The translations under genes and the position numbers were made by a program. A stretch of 5,025 bases of DNA, taken from the IMG/VR virus record IMGVR_UViG_2681813313_000011, one strand, 5' to 3'. The notes under the pieces are model-generated. The model ran no database searches. It was not told the origin of the DNA and was given only the letters and a program-made list of their open reading frames with translations. Position 1 is the stretch's first letter. Every line of letters begins with the position of its first letter. This document shows, piece after piece, positions 4,826-5,025 of the stretch. Source of the stretch: a virus (taxonomy: Duplodnaviria; Heunggongvirae; Uroviricota; Caudoviricetes).

Positions 4826-5000
4826 TCAGGCACCGTGACATTTTTTGTACTTTATTCCCGAGCCACAGGGGCATTGTTCATTCCGGCCGACCGCACCAAA
4901 AACTTCAGTTAATTTAGTCTTTGTGAACCGCCCCGGGTTTCCTGGAGAGTGTTTTATCTGTGAACTCAGGCTGCCAGATCATCGTTTCCGATGGAAGCAT
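4826..5000 (-). other. Frame-split small ORF carrying a SecA-type SEC-C zinc-binding motif (possible pseudogene or sequencing frameshift)
   Basis: Frame ending at 4826 encodes ...[33 protein letters not shown], close to the SecA C-terminal motif GRNDPCPCGSGKKYKQCHG, but has no in-frame start. An ATG at 5000 in the adjacent frame encodes [28 protein letters not shown] and overlaps it. A 1-nt change in the AAACCCGGGG region (forward 4929-4936) would fuse them into a protein of about 57 aa. Confidence 0.3.
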
Positions 5001-5025
5001 AATAAGCTTTTTCTGCTTCTGCCGG

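Noticed and set aside
4966-5025. Minus-strand frame open at the window end (…[19 protein letters not shown] then stop at 4966-4968)
   Set aside because: Only 19 codons are visible and nothing is recognisable. It could be the C-terminus of a gene lying beyond the window, but cannot be supported from this fragment.
1-5025. CRISPR arrays, rRNA genes, IS elements or integrase
   Set aside because: No regularly spaced direct repeats, no rRNA-like sequence, and no transposase or integrase-like ORF or terminal inverted repeats were seen.

Overview
The window reads as the late-regulatory region of a lambdoid (Stx-phage-like / Qin-like) prophage from an E. coli-type genome. Every supportable gene is on the minus strand, so transcription runs from high to low coordinates. 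In that order: a fragmented SEC-C-motif ORF, a Hok-family toxin gene with its terminator, a 92-aa Cys-containing ORF, a DUF968/YdfU-like protein with an HNH-like C-terminus, RusA resolvase, a Q-type antiterminator, a PR'-like promoter with a short tR'-like terminator, three tRNA genes (Ile-CAT, Arg-TCG, Arg-TCT) with their own promoter, a TerB-like gene broken by a homopolymer frameshift and an in-frame amber codon, a translationally coupled 55-aa two-helix membrane ORF, a strong terminator, and the start of a NanS-p-like sialate O-acetylesterase. The slot between the tRNA cluster and the esterase is where Stx phages carry stxAB; here it holds the TerB-like/small-membrane-ORF pair, which is the most interesting feature. 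No stx genes, CRISPR array, rRNA or transposase are present. All forward-strand ORFs in the supplied track look like antisense shadows. Protein family calls rest on motifs I read in the translations and on recalled family signatures and gene order, not on database searches.
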